A stretch of DNA of 58,914 nucleotides from positions 1-58,914 of IMG/VR virus record IMGVR_UViG_3300031565_014856. The stretch is one strand, 5' to 3'. The stretch is from a virus (taxonomy: Duplodnaviria > Caudoviricetes). Each line of letters opens with the position of its first letter. The stretch's first letter is position 1. Below the pieces are notes generated by a model that was given only the letters and a program-made list of their open reading frames with translations, searched no databases and was not told where the DNA came from. Position numbers and translations under genes: made by a program. Shown in pieces: positions 10,082 through 18,731 of this stretch.

Positions 10082-10536
10082 GTTATTTTAGTTTTGTGTT
10101 TGGTACCATCTTCATCTACATATGTAAGTTTGACGCCTTCAAACACCAAAAACGAATATTCAGTATCGCCCTGTACTCCATCTACAAATTCCCAGGCATG
10201 TTCATCATTTTCATCATAATCTTCAGAATCAACAGCACAATTTTCAAACATCATCCTTTCTAAAAATTTACATTCCTCTTCTGTGATCTGTTTTTCTTCA
10301 ACAAATTTGCTCATGTCATTACGGTCAAATACGATTCCCCAATGACCGCCAAGAGGTTTCAACGCATTCAACAACCTAACATATCTTTCTAGGTATGGGT
10401 TATCAGCAGAAACATGCACCTTTTCGCTCGTGTTTCCATTAGCATCACCTATCATGTATTCATACTTGAGAATGTAATAGGGATCACTCTTCTTTTTGTT
10501 TTTCTTTTCTTTTTCTTTTACTATTTCTATCATCAC
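10078..10536 (-). CDS. hypothetical protein
   Basis: tiled ORF. Confidence 0.6.
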   Translation of the reverse strand: MMIEIVKEKEKKNKKKSDPYYILKYEYMIGDANGNTSEKVHVSADNPYLERYVRLLNALKPLGGHWGIVFDRNDMSKFVEEKQITEEECKFLERMMFENCAVDSEDYDENDEHAWEFVDGVQGDTEYSFLVFEGVKLTYVDEDGTKHKTKIT

Positions 10537-11300
10537 GCTAGTTTTTTACCTTTTAATAATTCTCTTATAAATCTATTTTCCTCAGTGCCCATAACTTCTT
10601 TTATCCATTGCTTATAGACATTTGGGAATATCAGGCTTATTTCTTCATATGTTTTTCCTGTAATAGAATATGAATCAAATTTTTGTTTGGTGTTATCCGG
10701 AAAATCTATTGAAAGAATATAATCTATCAAATCTGGATAATCCTTATAATTAAATACCCTTTCATCCGCAATAAAACATACTGCAGTTAAGGCATCTTCT
10801 AAATCAGGTTCAGTGAAATATGACATTTTTATAGATCTCGCAATGCCGTCCCCTAATGATAACTGGTCGGCTAATTGATTTAGACTGCCCTTTGAAACTC
10901 CATCAAAATCTCTTTGAGAATTTGTGGTTCCACCATTAAGTATAATCCAGGTTTTCCAGTTTTTTGCAAAATCAATGAACTCCTCATCATCTTTGTAATT
11001 TAGAGCATATTCTACTGCAGCATGTCCTGCTTGTATTGCCTGTTGTATCGGCGAAAGATTATAGGGTACGAAAAAATACATTCTTAATTCCATGTTGTTA
11101 TTTTTAATATTTACGATTTTTCTCGTGGTAACCATCGTGCACTTATCCGCGATTTCCTCGATTCTCTTTTTTGGAATGTCGTAATGATCTTTATGAAACC
11201 AACAATGTTTGATGTTAAGATCATCAGCCATTACATGTAAATTGTCTATAGAATAAGGTTTACAGACAAGGTGTCTCTTGCTATCGCAAAAGTATTTCAC
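10533..11300 (-). CDS. fusion of small DUF4031-like domain and Pth2-like peptidyl-tRNA hydrolase domain
   Basis: N-part RHLV..LHVMA..HYDI; C-part QQAIQAGHAA ... EPDLEDALTAVCF. Confidence 0.6.
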   Translation of the reverse strand: MKYFCDSKRHLVCKPYSIDNLHVMADDLNIKHCWFHKDHYDIPKKRIEEIADKCTMVTTRKIVNIKNNNMELRMYFFVPYNLSPIQQAIQAGHAAVEYALNYKDDEEFIDFAKNWKTWIILNGGTTNSQRDFDGVSKGSLNQLADQLSLGDGIARSIKMSYFTEPDLEDALTAVCFIADERVFNYKDYPDLIDYILSIDFPDNTKQKFDSYSITGKTYEEISLIFPNVYKQWIKEVMGTEENRFIRELLKGKKLA

Positions 11301-11557
11301 TCCTTATAATTTTTGATCATTTCCTTAATTTCTGGTGTCACTTCTGCTTTAGGAATGTAAGCAAGCCCAATTCCTTCTTGTTGCATGCTCATTTGTTTAC
11401 GAATTATTATAACCGCAAAGACCGATCCAACATCATCCTGAAAATACGTTACCCCGTCCTTAAATTCGTTGGGGTTTGTACGATCTGAAACTTTGACATT
11501 GCAGGATGTTGTTGCGAAAGCAACAACTATTAAAAATACTGATAAAATTTTCTTCAT
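11297..11557 (-). CDS. putative lipoprotein
   Basis: signal peptide ending TTSC. Confidence 0.55.
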   Translation of the reverse strand: MKKILSVFLIVVAFATTSCNVKVSDRTNPNEFKDGVTYFQDDVGSVFAVIIIRKQMSMQQEGIGLAYIPKAEVTPEIKEMIKNYKE

Positions 11558-11793
11558 GATTTTGTTATTTGTTTAAGAAATATACGTTTGTTTTTTATGC
11601 CTATATAAGGATCTTTAGCATATGATTCATAAGCCCCCATTAACATGACTAACATAAACAGGACTGTTGATATTGAGGCGAAAATAAGCACGCTCATTGT
11701 ACCGAATGAAAATAAAATACAAAACACAATAAAGGTTTTTAGTGTAAGTATCCAAAATTGTTTGGCTGAAATTCTTTTTATGAATCGTTTCAT
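11554..11793 (-). CDS. hypothetical membrane protein
   Basis: hydrophobic; probable start at ATG 11793. Confidence 0.5.
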   Translation of the reverse strand: MKRFIKRISAKQFWILTLKTFIVFCILFSFGTMSVLIFASISTVLFMLVMLMGAYESYAKDPYIGIKNKRIFLKQITKS

Positions 11794-11797
11794 GTTT

Positions 11798-12091
11798 CTA
11801 TTTTTCAGGAAGCATATACCAATTAATTGTTCGTTTTTCAGTAATTGGCCCATTTTCTTCGTTTGGTATGATAATGATAGTCATCTGACCATAAAATTCT
11901 TCTTTCTTTATTTCCATTTTAATATCACCGCATTTTAAAATAACGAGACTGTCAGTCCTTTCCACTAATGGCATGCAAAAAACGAAAGACATTGCTGTAT
12001 CGTTAGTGGTGGCTTCATCTAACTTAAGCTGCCCAAATGACACTGTTGAGAAGGTTATTAAGATGGCGAGTACTATGTAAATTCTTTTCAT
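11798..12091 (-). CDS. hypothetical secreted protein
   Basis: Bacteroidota-like signal peptide ending SFG-Q. Confidence 0.55.
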   Translation of the reverse strand: MKRIYIVLAILITFSTVSFGQLKLDEATTNDTAMSFVFCMPLVERTDSLVILKCGDIKMEIKKEEFYGQMTIIIIPNEENGPITEKRTINWYMLPEK

Positions 12092-12158
12092 AGGCCAAAT
12101 ATAACAAAAAACCCCGAGATAAAAAATCCCGGGGTTGTTAATAATCCGTTAAAAAGTT

Positions 12159-12353
12159 TTATACTAAAGATACGTTTACCGCATTTAATCCCTTTTTACC
12201 TTCAACCAGTTCAAATTCAACTTCATCGTTTTCATTTAAAGTGGTTTCATTAATACCAGAAACGTGAACAAAATGTTCTTTTTCTGAATCATTTTCTTTG
12301 ATAAAACCAAAACCTCGGTCTGTGTCAAAGAATTTTACTTTTCCTTGTTTCAT
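12159..12353 (-). CDS. cspA: cold-shock protein
   Basis: GKVKFF, RGFGFI (RNP1), HFVHVS (RNP2), GKKGLNAVNV. Confidence 0.93.
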   Translation of the reverse strand: MKQGKVKFFDTDRGFGFIKENDSEKEHFVHVSGINETTLNENDEVEFELVEGKKGLNAVNVSLV

Positions 12354-12381
12354 TTAATTTGTTTATTTAATTTATAATAAA

Positions 12382-12407
12382 GAAGACCGAGAAAACTCCC
12401 GGTCTTC
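12382..12407 (-). terminator. intrinsic terminator after the TROVE gene
   Basis: GAAGACCGGGAG-TTTT-CTCGGTCTTC followed by T-rich tract. Confidence 0.7.
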
Positions 12408-12415
12408 GTTCATTC

Positions 12416-14092
12416 TTATATCTCGATAGCGTTTATAGCATCGATGACTTCGTTGATATTTACTTCCATTTGTGGAATTTTTTCGTAAATATCTTGAGTG
12501 TATCCGTAAAGACGGAATACCTTTTGTCCACCCTTTATAGGAGCGGTTGTTGAATATCCAACAACATCAATCAAGTAAACGTATGGGGTTCCAAACTTGT
12601 TTACATACTTCTTGAAGTTGTCTTCAACTCTACTGTATCCATCTTGCATGTCAGAGATTATTACAACTCTGTCATACTGAGTGTTATTATCTGCGAACAG
12701 ATTGAAGCAAGACGCAAAGTCAGTACCGTGACTACACTTTCCGTTGTAAGAAGTAAACTTCTTCTTCAGAGTGTTAACAGAATCAGTTGGGTTCCATCCA
12801 GTAATCTTTTCAGACCATGATGCAAAGTGATAAACATCACCTCCGATGCCCTTTGCAAAAGTAGCGGCAACTAGTGCAGCCTTCTCAGCAGGGGTTGAGC
12901 TGGATCTCTTACCACCTGGAAGCGCAACGCCTCTACCAGTCATAGAACCAGATGTATCGAATACAACTGCAGTTCTACCTTCAGGAAGCAATTCCTTAAG
13001 GTTTGGAATGGAAGCTTCATACGCCTTTCCAAGCGCATCGGCAACCTTAGCCAATTGACGACCGTTGAATTCAAGAAGCATAACTTCAAGAGCAAGGTCA
13101 ATTTGGTGTGGCCATACAAGTGACTTCTTAATGAACTTAGGTTCAATAAGCAATTCACACGCAGCATCCAATAGAGGAGTATCATTAGTCTTAAGAATGT
13201 TTCTCAAGTTACGAAGCAATGCCAAGTAACCAATCTTCTTAGTCTTGATAAGTTCCGCATAGTTTTCAGTCTTTTGTTCAACGAGAACCTTTTCAGCTTC
13301 CGCCTTAGTGATTTCGCCTGACTTAACTGCTTCTGCAACCTTCTTACCAGTTTCAGTGTTCTTATCTTCAACAGTATTGAACTGCTTTAGGATTCCAAGA
13401 ACAAGAGCACGAAGTGCAGGAACTCTTACAGTTCCTTCAACAACTTCGTTGAATGTGTCCTTTTCGAACTTTGTACCAACAATAGCCTTGATGTAATCTG
13501 CAGTTGGTACATCAACGTAGCCATTCTTTTCAGTTGGAACTGGGTGAACAGCGTTAACGATGTCAACCAAACTCAAAGTGCTAGACTTCATTTGGTACTT
13601 AGCAAGTTCGTACGCATCAGCGTTTTCAATAGCGCCCTTGAAACCTCTCTTCATGGCACCTGGAATGGTATTGGTCTTATTCTTCGCACGGTAGCACGCA
13701 AGAATTTCCATCATATCGTCAAGACGATAGATTATACCACCTTCGTTGCCCTTACGGTTTCTCTTAGAGAAGAATCTCTTTCCAAGTTCATCACCAGAAA
13801 GGTGAGGCAATAGATTAACCGCTCCAACGTGGGTAACGGATCTTTGACCGAATACGCTACGTGCATAGACGAGTGCCTTTGCAGCAAAGAGCTTATCTTT
13901 CTTCGCGATGGTATCAATAACTTCGCGCAAACGAGTTTCGCGTTCTGATTCCTTTTCATAAAAGGTATTCTGGATTCCTGTGGATAGGATTCCTACGAGT
14001 TCATGTTCTGGTCTTTGGGTTTGACCGGATCCACCTTGGTGAGTAGTAGTCTTTTGAACTACAGGTTCTCTCTTTTGATTGTACTTAGACAT
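12416..14092 (-). CDS. Ro60/Rsr-like TROVE-domain RNA-binding protein with C-terminal vWA domain
   Basis: N-terminal NTFYE, ALVYARSVFGQRS, LAKY, ALLRNLRN; vWA MIDAS DTSGSM, GTD, IISDMQ. Confidence 0.88.
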   Translation of the reverse strand: MSKYNQKREPVVQKTTTHQGGSGQTQRPEHELVGILSTGIQNTFYEKESERETRLREVIDTIAKKDKLFAAKALVYARSVFGQRSVTHVGAVNLLPHLSGDELGKRFFSKRNRKGNEGGIIYRLDDMMEILACYRAKNKTNTIPGAMKRGFKGAIENADAYELAKYQMKSSTLSLVDIVNAVHPVPTEKNGYVDVPTADYIKAIVGTKFEKDTFNEVVEGTVRVPALRALVLGILKQFNTVEDKNTETGKKVAEAVKSGEITKAEAEKVLVEQKTENYAELIKTKKIGYLALLRNLRNILKTNDTPLLDAACELLIEPKFIKKSLVWPHQIDLALEVMLLEFNGRQLAKVADALGKAYEASIPNLKELLPEGRTAVVFDTSGSMTGRGVALPGGKRSSSTPAEKAALVAATFAKGIGGDVYHFASWSEKITGWNPTDSVNTLKKKFTSYNGKCSHGTDFASCFNLFADNNTQYDRVVIISDMQDGYSRVEDNFKKYVNKFGTPYVYLIDVVGYSTTAPIKGGQKVFRLYGYTQDIYEKIPQMEVNINEVIDAINAIEI

Positions 14093-14129
14093 AATTGCCT
14101 CCTTTCATTAATTAAATTTATACTAAAAT

Positions 14130-14166
14130 AAAAAAGCCCGAGTGACGTGTGTCTTCTCGGGCTTTT
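14130..14166 (-). terminator. terminator/attenuator hairpin in the TROVE gene leader
   Basis: AAAAGCCCGAG...CTCGGGCTTTTTT located between the motif RNAs and the TROVE start codon. Confidence 0.8.
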
Positions 14167-14205
14167 GTAATCCAAATAATCGTAATAAAATGGAATATAA
14201 AGTTA

Positions 14206-14293
14206 GTCGAGAAAATTGGTGAGAGTTTTTCTGTCTGGCTTTCGCCTGATCTTTCTTATGGTTGAAACGAAGTATCTCTTACCTTACTACAAC
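14206..14293 (-). ncRNA. Y-RNA-like motif RNA copy 1 (TROVE leader)
   Basis: GUUG-UAGUAA-GGUAAGAG-AUACUUCG...CUCUCACC-AAUUUUCU-CGAC; motif shared with four other loci. Confidence 0.75.
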
Positions 14294-14327
14294 AGTGCTT
14301 TTCAATATTTTAAAGAACAAAAATTTT

Positions 14328-14392
14328 GTTGAGAAAATTGAGCAGAGTATTTTTTCATTTTTCCTACGAAGTAACTCTATTCTTACTACAAC
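14328..14392 (-). ncRNA. Y-RNA-like motif RNA copy 2 (minimal)
   Basis: GUUG-UAGUAA-GAAUAGAG-UUACUUCG...CUCUGCUC-AAUUUUCU-CAAC. Confidence 0.75.
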
Positions 14393-14495
14393 TAAATTTT
14401 ATATTGGTAAATATATACCAAGTTTCGCTTCTGCGAAAATATTTTTTGTTAATTTTTTGTTAAGATTCAATTTATATATAGAATCCCATTTTTAC

Positions 14496-14723
14496 TCAAT
14501 TGATACTTAGTGCCGAGGATGCTTGATATGTTATGTCGCCGATATAAGGTTGGCTCCAGTCTTGCACATACACATCCTCATATTCTTCGGTTATTATCTC
14601 TCTTCCGAGATAACGTCCTTCACAATCGTACTTGTCGATTGTTTTGGTTACTCTTTTGACCATCTTCATTTGTGGGTTCCATGTTGAGATACCCGGATAA
14701 GTTACATTACAATTTTCCATCAC
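14496..14723 (-). CDS. hypothetical protein
   Basis: tiled ORF. Confidence 0.5.
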   Translation of the reverse strand: MMENCNVTYPGISTWNPQMKMVKRVTKTIDKYDCEGRYLGREIITEEYEDVYVQDWSQPYIGDITYQASSALSIN

Positions 14724-15534
14724 AGTTTATTATTTTACATTCAATCAATTCAAATATACGTTGTGCCTGTAACTTTGTGTTTTCTTTTCCATCTATGTTT
14801 CCATCCACTTTAATAAGAGGATTTTTTGGAACTTCATAAGGTGCACTTATTCCTGTGAAATTTTTTATCTTTCCGTCAATTGCCTTTTGGTAGAGTCCCT
14901 TCACATCTCTATCCATACATTTTTCAATATCTGTGTTAACATAGATCTCGTTAAACCCATCACCAATTATCTTTTTAGCATTGGCTCTTGAAGATCTATA
15001 TGGAGATATGAAAGCTGTTAATACTATTATGCCCGCATCGTTGAAAAGTTTTGCTACTTCGGCAATCCTTCTTATGTTTTCTTCGCGATCGGTTTTCTTA
15101 AATCCTAAGTCAGCATTAATTCCCCATCGTATGTTGTCACCATCAAGAATGAATGTTTTATATCCTTTATTGAATAATAATTTGTCAAGTTCTTCAGCTA
15201 TTGCAGATTTTCCGCTACCCGATAATCCGGTAAACCAAAAAACCGTGGGGTTCTGGTGTAGTTGTGCAGCCCTCTCTTCCTTGCTTTCACCCAACGGTTT
15301 AGGATGAATATTGGCAGGTTTTAATATTTTCTTAGCGAACCTAATTCGCGTAAACCAAAATCTCTCATGATAATAATAAGCAAGCATTTTCACAAACACT
15401 TCGATCAATCCTATATTAAGGGCCATTTGTATGTCGCCACTTAGAAACCATGCAATGGCAATTGTAATTAACGTAGCTGTTATCCTCCATGTTACTGTCT
15501 TTAGAAGATGTCTCTTTTTATCATTTCCAACCAT
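14707..15534 (-). CDS. cysC: adenylyl-sulfate kinase with N-terminal DUF2061-like membrane domain
   Basis: WFTGLSGSGKS, LDGDNIR, DREENIRR, FISPY, RDVKGLY, FTGISAPYE; N-terminal KTVTWR..YYYHERFW. Confidence 0.9.
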   Translation of the reverse strand: MVGNDKKRHLLKTVTWRITATLITIAIAWFLSGDIQMALNIGLIEVFVKMLAYYYHERFWFTRIRFAKKILKPANIHPKPLGESKEERAAQLHQNPTVFWFTGLSGSGKSAIAEELDKLLFNKGYKTFILDGDNIRWGINADLGFKKTDREENIRRIAEVAKLFNDAGIIVLTAFISPYRSSRANAKKIIGDGFNEIYVNTDIEKCMDRDVKGLYQKAIDGKIKNFTGISAPYEVPKNPLIKVDGNIDGKENTKLQAQRIFELIECKIINCDGKL

Positions 15535-15582
15535 CTTAAAATAAATTGTAGGTACAAAATATATATTAAAACATTAGAATTA

Positions 15583-16002
15583 ATGAGGGCGAAATTCATA
15601 CATGAATCTTTGAAAGATATACTTAAACCAAAGGATTTGGTCGATGTAATTAAGGAGATGGATTGGAAACAAAAAATTGTATTTTACTATTCCAATTATA
15701 CTTACTATGATGGGATGCCTCTAATAACTAAAATCGGAGATGAATTAAAAAAATATCCTCGATTTAGTAAAATTCATATGGCTTTAAGTAGTGGTTTTTC
15801 ACATCTCCCAATGGCATCTCTTACATTTGATTATAAAGAAAAGAAACTTGCATATTTTGAATTTAGGTTGGCAGAATTTGAAAATGCAAACGATACTCGT
15901 TTAATTTTACCAGGTGATAATCCATATGCCGGTCAAGGCACGCCAGTAAAATCAATCCACGACGTTATTAAGTACATTACTCGATATCAAAAATCTGCTT
16001 AA
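15583..16002 (+). CDS. hypothetical protein (reads on + strand; ORF track labels it -)
   Basis: ATG at 15508 and 15583 and TAA at 16000-16002 all read on the + strand. Confidence 0.6.
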   Translation: MRAKFIHESLKDILKPKDLVDVIKEMDWKQKIVFYYSNYTYYDGMPLITKIGDELKKYPRFSKIHMALSSGFSHLPMASLTFDYKEKKLAYFEFRLAEFENANDTRLILPGDNPYAGQGTPVKSIHDVIKYITRYQKSA

Positions 16003-16019
16003 TCACATCCTTCTGGTCG

Positions 16020-16093
16020 CGATCCCAGCGGGACTCGAACCCGCGACGCTTGCTTTTAGAGAGCAACGCTCTGACCAACTGAGCTATGGGACC
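16020..16093 (-). tRNA. amber suppressor tRNA (anticodon CUA)
   Basis: Full cloverleaf: GGTCCCA/TGGGATC acceptor, anticodon arm TTGCT-CTCTAAA-AGCAA, T-loop TTCGAGT. Confidence 0.88.
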
Positions 16094-16114
16094 ATAGGGG
16101 CCGAAGCCCCATTT

Positions 16115-16423
16115 TTATGATCTATACTTTTTAAGGATTTCCTCAAGAGAAGTTTCGAAATGAGACTTATCATATTCAGTTTCGAATTTTCCGCTATCAA
16201 TCTCTGACAGTTCTCTTCCTCTTAAAATCGCATAAGCTGCGTACATCACTCTTAATTTTTGGCGATTATGAAAGTGATTCATTGTCGCTTCCCAAGGTTC
16301 CATCGTTCTGGTTCCCGAAAACCTTACGGTTTTTCTTTGGTTTCTTAATTCTTTCTGCTCTGCAGCTAACACTCGGATATCTTCCTTTAATTGTTTTACG
16401 TTTACTTTTTCTATTGTTTCCAT
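16115..16423 (-). CDS. hypothetical protein
   Basis: clean ORF between the suppressor tRNA and the Pth2-like gene. Confidence 0.65.
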   Translation of the reverse strand: METIEKVNVKQLKEDIRVLAAEQKELRNQRKTVRFSGTRTMEPWEATMNHFHNRQKLRVMYAAYAILRGRELSEIDSGKFETEYDKSHFETSLEEILKKYRS

Positions 16424-16524
16424 GATTTTTCTTATTTTATTTATGAATTTTAATTACTTACTATGAAAAGTGATTACTTTTCGTCTAAAAATATGAAAAA
16501 TCATTATGGCGGCCGTATGTGTAT

Positions 16525-16650
16525 CTAGGTTTCTTTCATGGTTTCTTTCTTTTTTAAAATATAAATTATTCCATTCTTTTTTGAGACTGTATATCCAAAA
16601 ATATTTAAAACTTCTTCCCAGGTTGGATTTTTATTTTCAGATTTTTCCAT
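16525..16650 (-). CDS. 41-aa ORF ending MKET-TAG, followed in frame by IHIRPP-TAA-TGA
   Basis: translated by hand; starts 1 nt after the Pth2-like stop. Confidence 0.45.
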   Translation of the reverse strand: MEKSENKNPTWEEVLNIFGYTVSKKNGIIYILKKKETMKET

Positions 16651-16651
16651 T

Positions 16652-16984
16652 TTAATTTAATGTTAACGGTAAATGTGCACAAAGTTTTCGAGCTTTATCC
16701 GTCGGTTCCAACGCAATCGCCGTAACCTGGTTCCCTATATCAGGTTCCTTAAAAACTGAATAGTCTAAACCACGCATCTGCGCCTTTTTTAATAATTTGA
16801 GGAGTGATTGTTCGTCCGGAACGGACAAGAAAACTAAATACTTTGATTCTGTATTCCATTTTGTAGCAATTTCTGGGTGCTCATGTTGAAACTCAATTGC
16901 CGCGTGTGCTGATTGAACAGCTTGGTAACCCGGAGATATGTCTCGACGGGTGATAACGATTAATTTGCTCTAAGTGTCTTTCAT
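16652..16984 (-). CDS. Pth2-like peptidyl-tRNA hydrolase with in-frame TAG at codon 5 (readthrough or pseudogene)
   Basis: MKDT*SKLIVITRRDISPGYQAVQSAHAA...KYLVFLSVPDEQSL...FKEPDIGNQVTAIALEP; missed by ORF track. Confidence 0.8.
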
Positions 16985-17042
16985 TTTGTTTAATTTATAT
17001 ATTTATATATCAAAAATTGTGCCAAGTTTTAACTTAATGACA

Positions 17043-17339
17043 CTATGTCACTACTTCATTCTTTTTTATGACATTATATGTCAATTCTAATTCGAGGGCA
17101 TCTATTTTATCTTGCATCTCTTCTTGCATCTCTTCAAACGCTCGTGTCATATCCTCTTCCATAGATTTTAGTTCCACTTTTAGTTCTTCAATCGTAGTTT
17201 CCATACACTCGCAGGGTTCAACCTTTATTTCGAAGGATTTACTTGACCCCACCCAATATGTTTTTTCTGATGTGGATAAAGTAGATTTACATACATCGCA
17301 TGTAACGTCAATTTCTATTTCGCTTTCAAATGATGCCAT
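17043..17339 (-). CDS. hypothetical protein (Zn ribbon plus coiled coil)
   Basis: CDVC...PCEC. Confidence 0.55.
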   Translation of the reverse strand: MASFESEIEIDVTCDVCKSTLSTSEKTYWVGSSKSFEIKVEPCECMETTIEELKVELKSMEEDMTRAFEEMQEEMQDKIDALELELTYNVIKKNEVVT

Positions 17340-17731
17340 TATTTATAAACTCTACGATGATGAGGTGTATGACGAGATCTAAATGTACGTTCTTTCTTAA
17401 CAGGAAGATCATTATTCATTACAAAATCTATGAATTCCTGCGGGGGCAAATAATCATGTTCCTCAATGTAATGTATTATCATTTCGGGGACATCATAGTG
17501 AAGTTTACCTTTTATCTGCCATATAAACTGTGTGCTGCTTGTAGCATTTTTACAAAATGGGCAAGTATGCCAACCTTTCGTATGAACGCGAACATCAAGT
17601 GTTTTGAGTTTTTCAACAAATTCAGAAGGACATTTCCCTTTGGTGTACTGTTTTCCTTCATCAAGCCACGCAATTTTTGTGTGCTTAATGCCGAAGTGGG
17701 TCTCTTCTATGTGTAGGTCTTCGAAATACAT
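17339..17731 (-). CDS. hypothetical protein
   Basis: GWHTCPFC and HYIEEHDYLPPQEF; downstream of promoter motif. Confidence 0.65.
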   Translation of the reverse strand: MYFEDLHIEETHFGIKHTKIAWLDEGKQYTKGKCPSEFVEKLKTLDVRVHTKGWHTCPFCKNATSSTQFIWQIKGKLHYDVPEMIIHYIEEHDYLPPQEFIDFVMNNDLPVKKERTFRSRHTPHHRRVYK

Positions 17732-17772
17732 ATTGCTAATATAAACTAAAAACCCGAATTAAAAAATATTTG

Positions 17773-17856
17773 TGACCATAGGGAGAGTCGAACTCCCACA
17801 TTCTTGCGAACACTAGCCCCTCAAGCTAGCGCGTCTACCAATTCCGCCATATGGCC
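17773..17856 (-). tRNA. tRNA-Leu(GAG)
   Basis: cloverleaf with long variable arm; loop TTGAGGG. Confidence 0.92.
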
Positions 17857-17880
17857 ATGACCCGCCGAAGCGGGCTTTAA

Positions 17881-18252
17881 TTAACGTAAAATTTTAAAGT
17901 TGTCTTTGTACTTTTCGTCAACCGTAATCCAGATTCTTACATTATCTGGACCCTTTTCAACCTGTTCTTCAACCTTTTTTCTATAATCTTCACCTGGCAT
18001 GATGTAGATTGATTTGGTTGGATAATGAACCAGAACATAGGCAAAGATATACTTTGCTTGATGTAGTTGAGCTGGATGGCTTTGAAATTCGAGGTTACCC
18101 TCGGTTGAGGATGTAGAAATGATGATGGGTTTGTTACCACCAACGATGAATGCACTACGTGCGCGCTCACCTGCAGCGCTTTTAACAACGTTAAATCCTT
18201 TTTCGGTAAGTGTACCGAGGGCATGGATACGGCCTTCTCTTTCTTTACTCAT
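17881..18252 (-). CDS. hypothetical protein
   Basis: isolated ORF followed by hairpin CCCGC-TTCG-GCGGG. Confidence 0.6.
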   Translation of the reverse strand: MSKEREGRIHALGTLTEKGFNVVKSAAGERARSAFIVGGNKPIIISTSSTEGNLEFQSHPAQLHQAKYIFAYVLVHYPTKSIYIMPGEDYRKKVEEQVEKGPDNVRIWITVDEKYKDNFKILR

Positions 18253-18353
18253 TTTATATAAATTTAGTTTAACTTAACGAGCCATCAACGACCCGCATTA
18301 ATAATATACTTGAATATAACAAAAATATCTGAGATAAAAAAATTTTGGGGCAA

Positions 18354-18626
18354 TTATTTTCGCCTTTTTTTCACCTTCTTATGATAAGAGTTTGTCTTCC
18401 TTTTCTTTATTCTCTCCAGAAGCAATGGAAGATATCCTAAATCTTTTATGACCATTCTCATGGCATTGTGCTTTCTATGAAGAGCTTTTGATATAGAAGA
18501 AGTGCTGTAAACTTGATGCCACTCTCCAGTTTTTTTACTGATTTGTGAGACGATATATTTCTTTCCTTTTTTCTCGAGTTTAACTCGATCGGAAATCTTA
18601 TCGTATATTCTCATTCTCGAACCCAT
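18354..18626 (-). CDS. hypothetical basic protein
   Basis: start moved to ATG 18626 to avoid the tRNA. Confidence 0.5.
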   Translation of the reverse strand: MGSRMRIYDKISDRVKLEKKGKKYIVSQISKKTGEWHQVYSTSSISKALHRKHNAMRMVIKDLGYLPLLLERIKKRKTNSYHKKVKKRRK

Positions 18627-18649
18627 GGCTTTTATTTTATTTATCTTCG

Positions 18650-18731
18650 TAGCTCCCAAGGGAATCGAACCCTTACTCCCAAAAGAACTGGATTTTGAAT
18701 CCAGCGCGTCTACCTATTCCGCCAGGGAGCC
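18650..18731 (-). tRNA. tRNA-Leu(CAA)
   Basis: cloverleaf; loop TTCAAAA; long variable arm. Confidence 0.92.

Noticed and set aside
14206-14392. CRISPR array
   Set aside because: Only two adjacent imperfect units with internal covarying stems, no spacer pattern and no cas genes in the window.
15508-16002. ORF track labels this 164-aa ORF as minus strand
   Set aside because: The listed protein (MSLFIISNHL...) reads directly from the + strand ATG at 15508, so the label is wrong. The likely start is 15583 because 15508 overlaps cysC.
16020-16093. Reading this tRNA as Arg(UCU)
   Set aside because: The TTGCT/AGCAA stem centres a 7-nt loop CTCTAAA; placing UCU at 34-36 needs an asymmetric stem.
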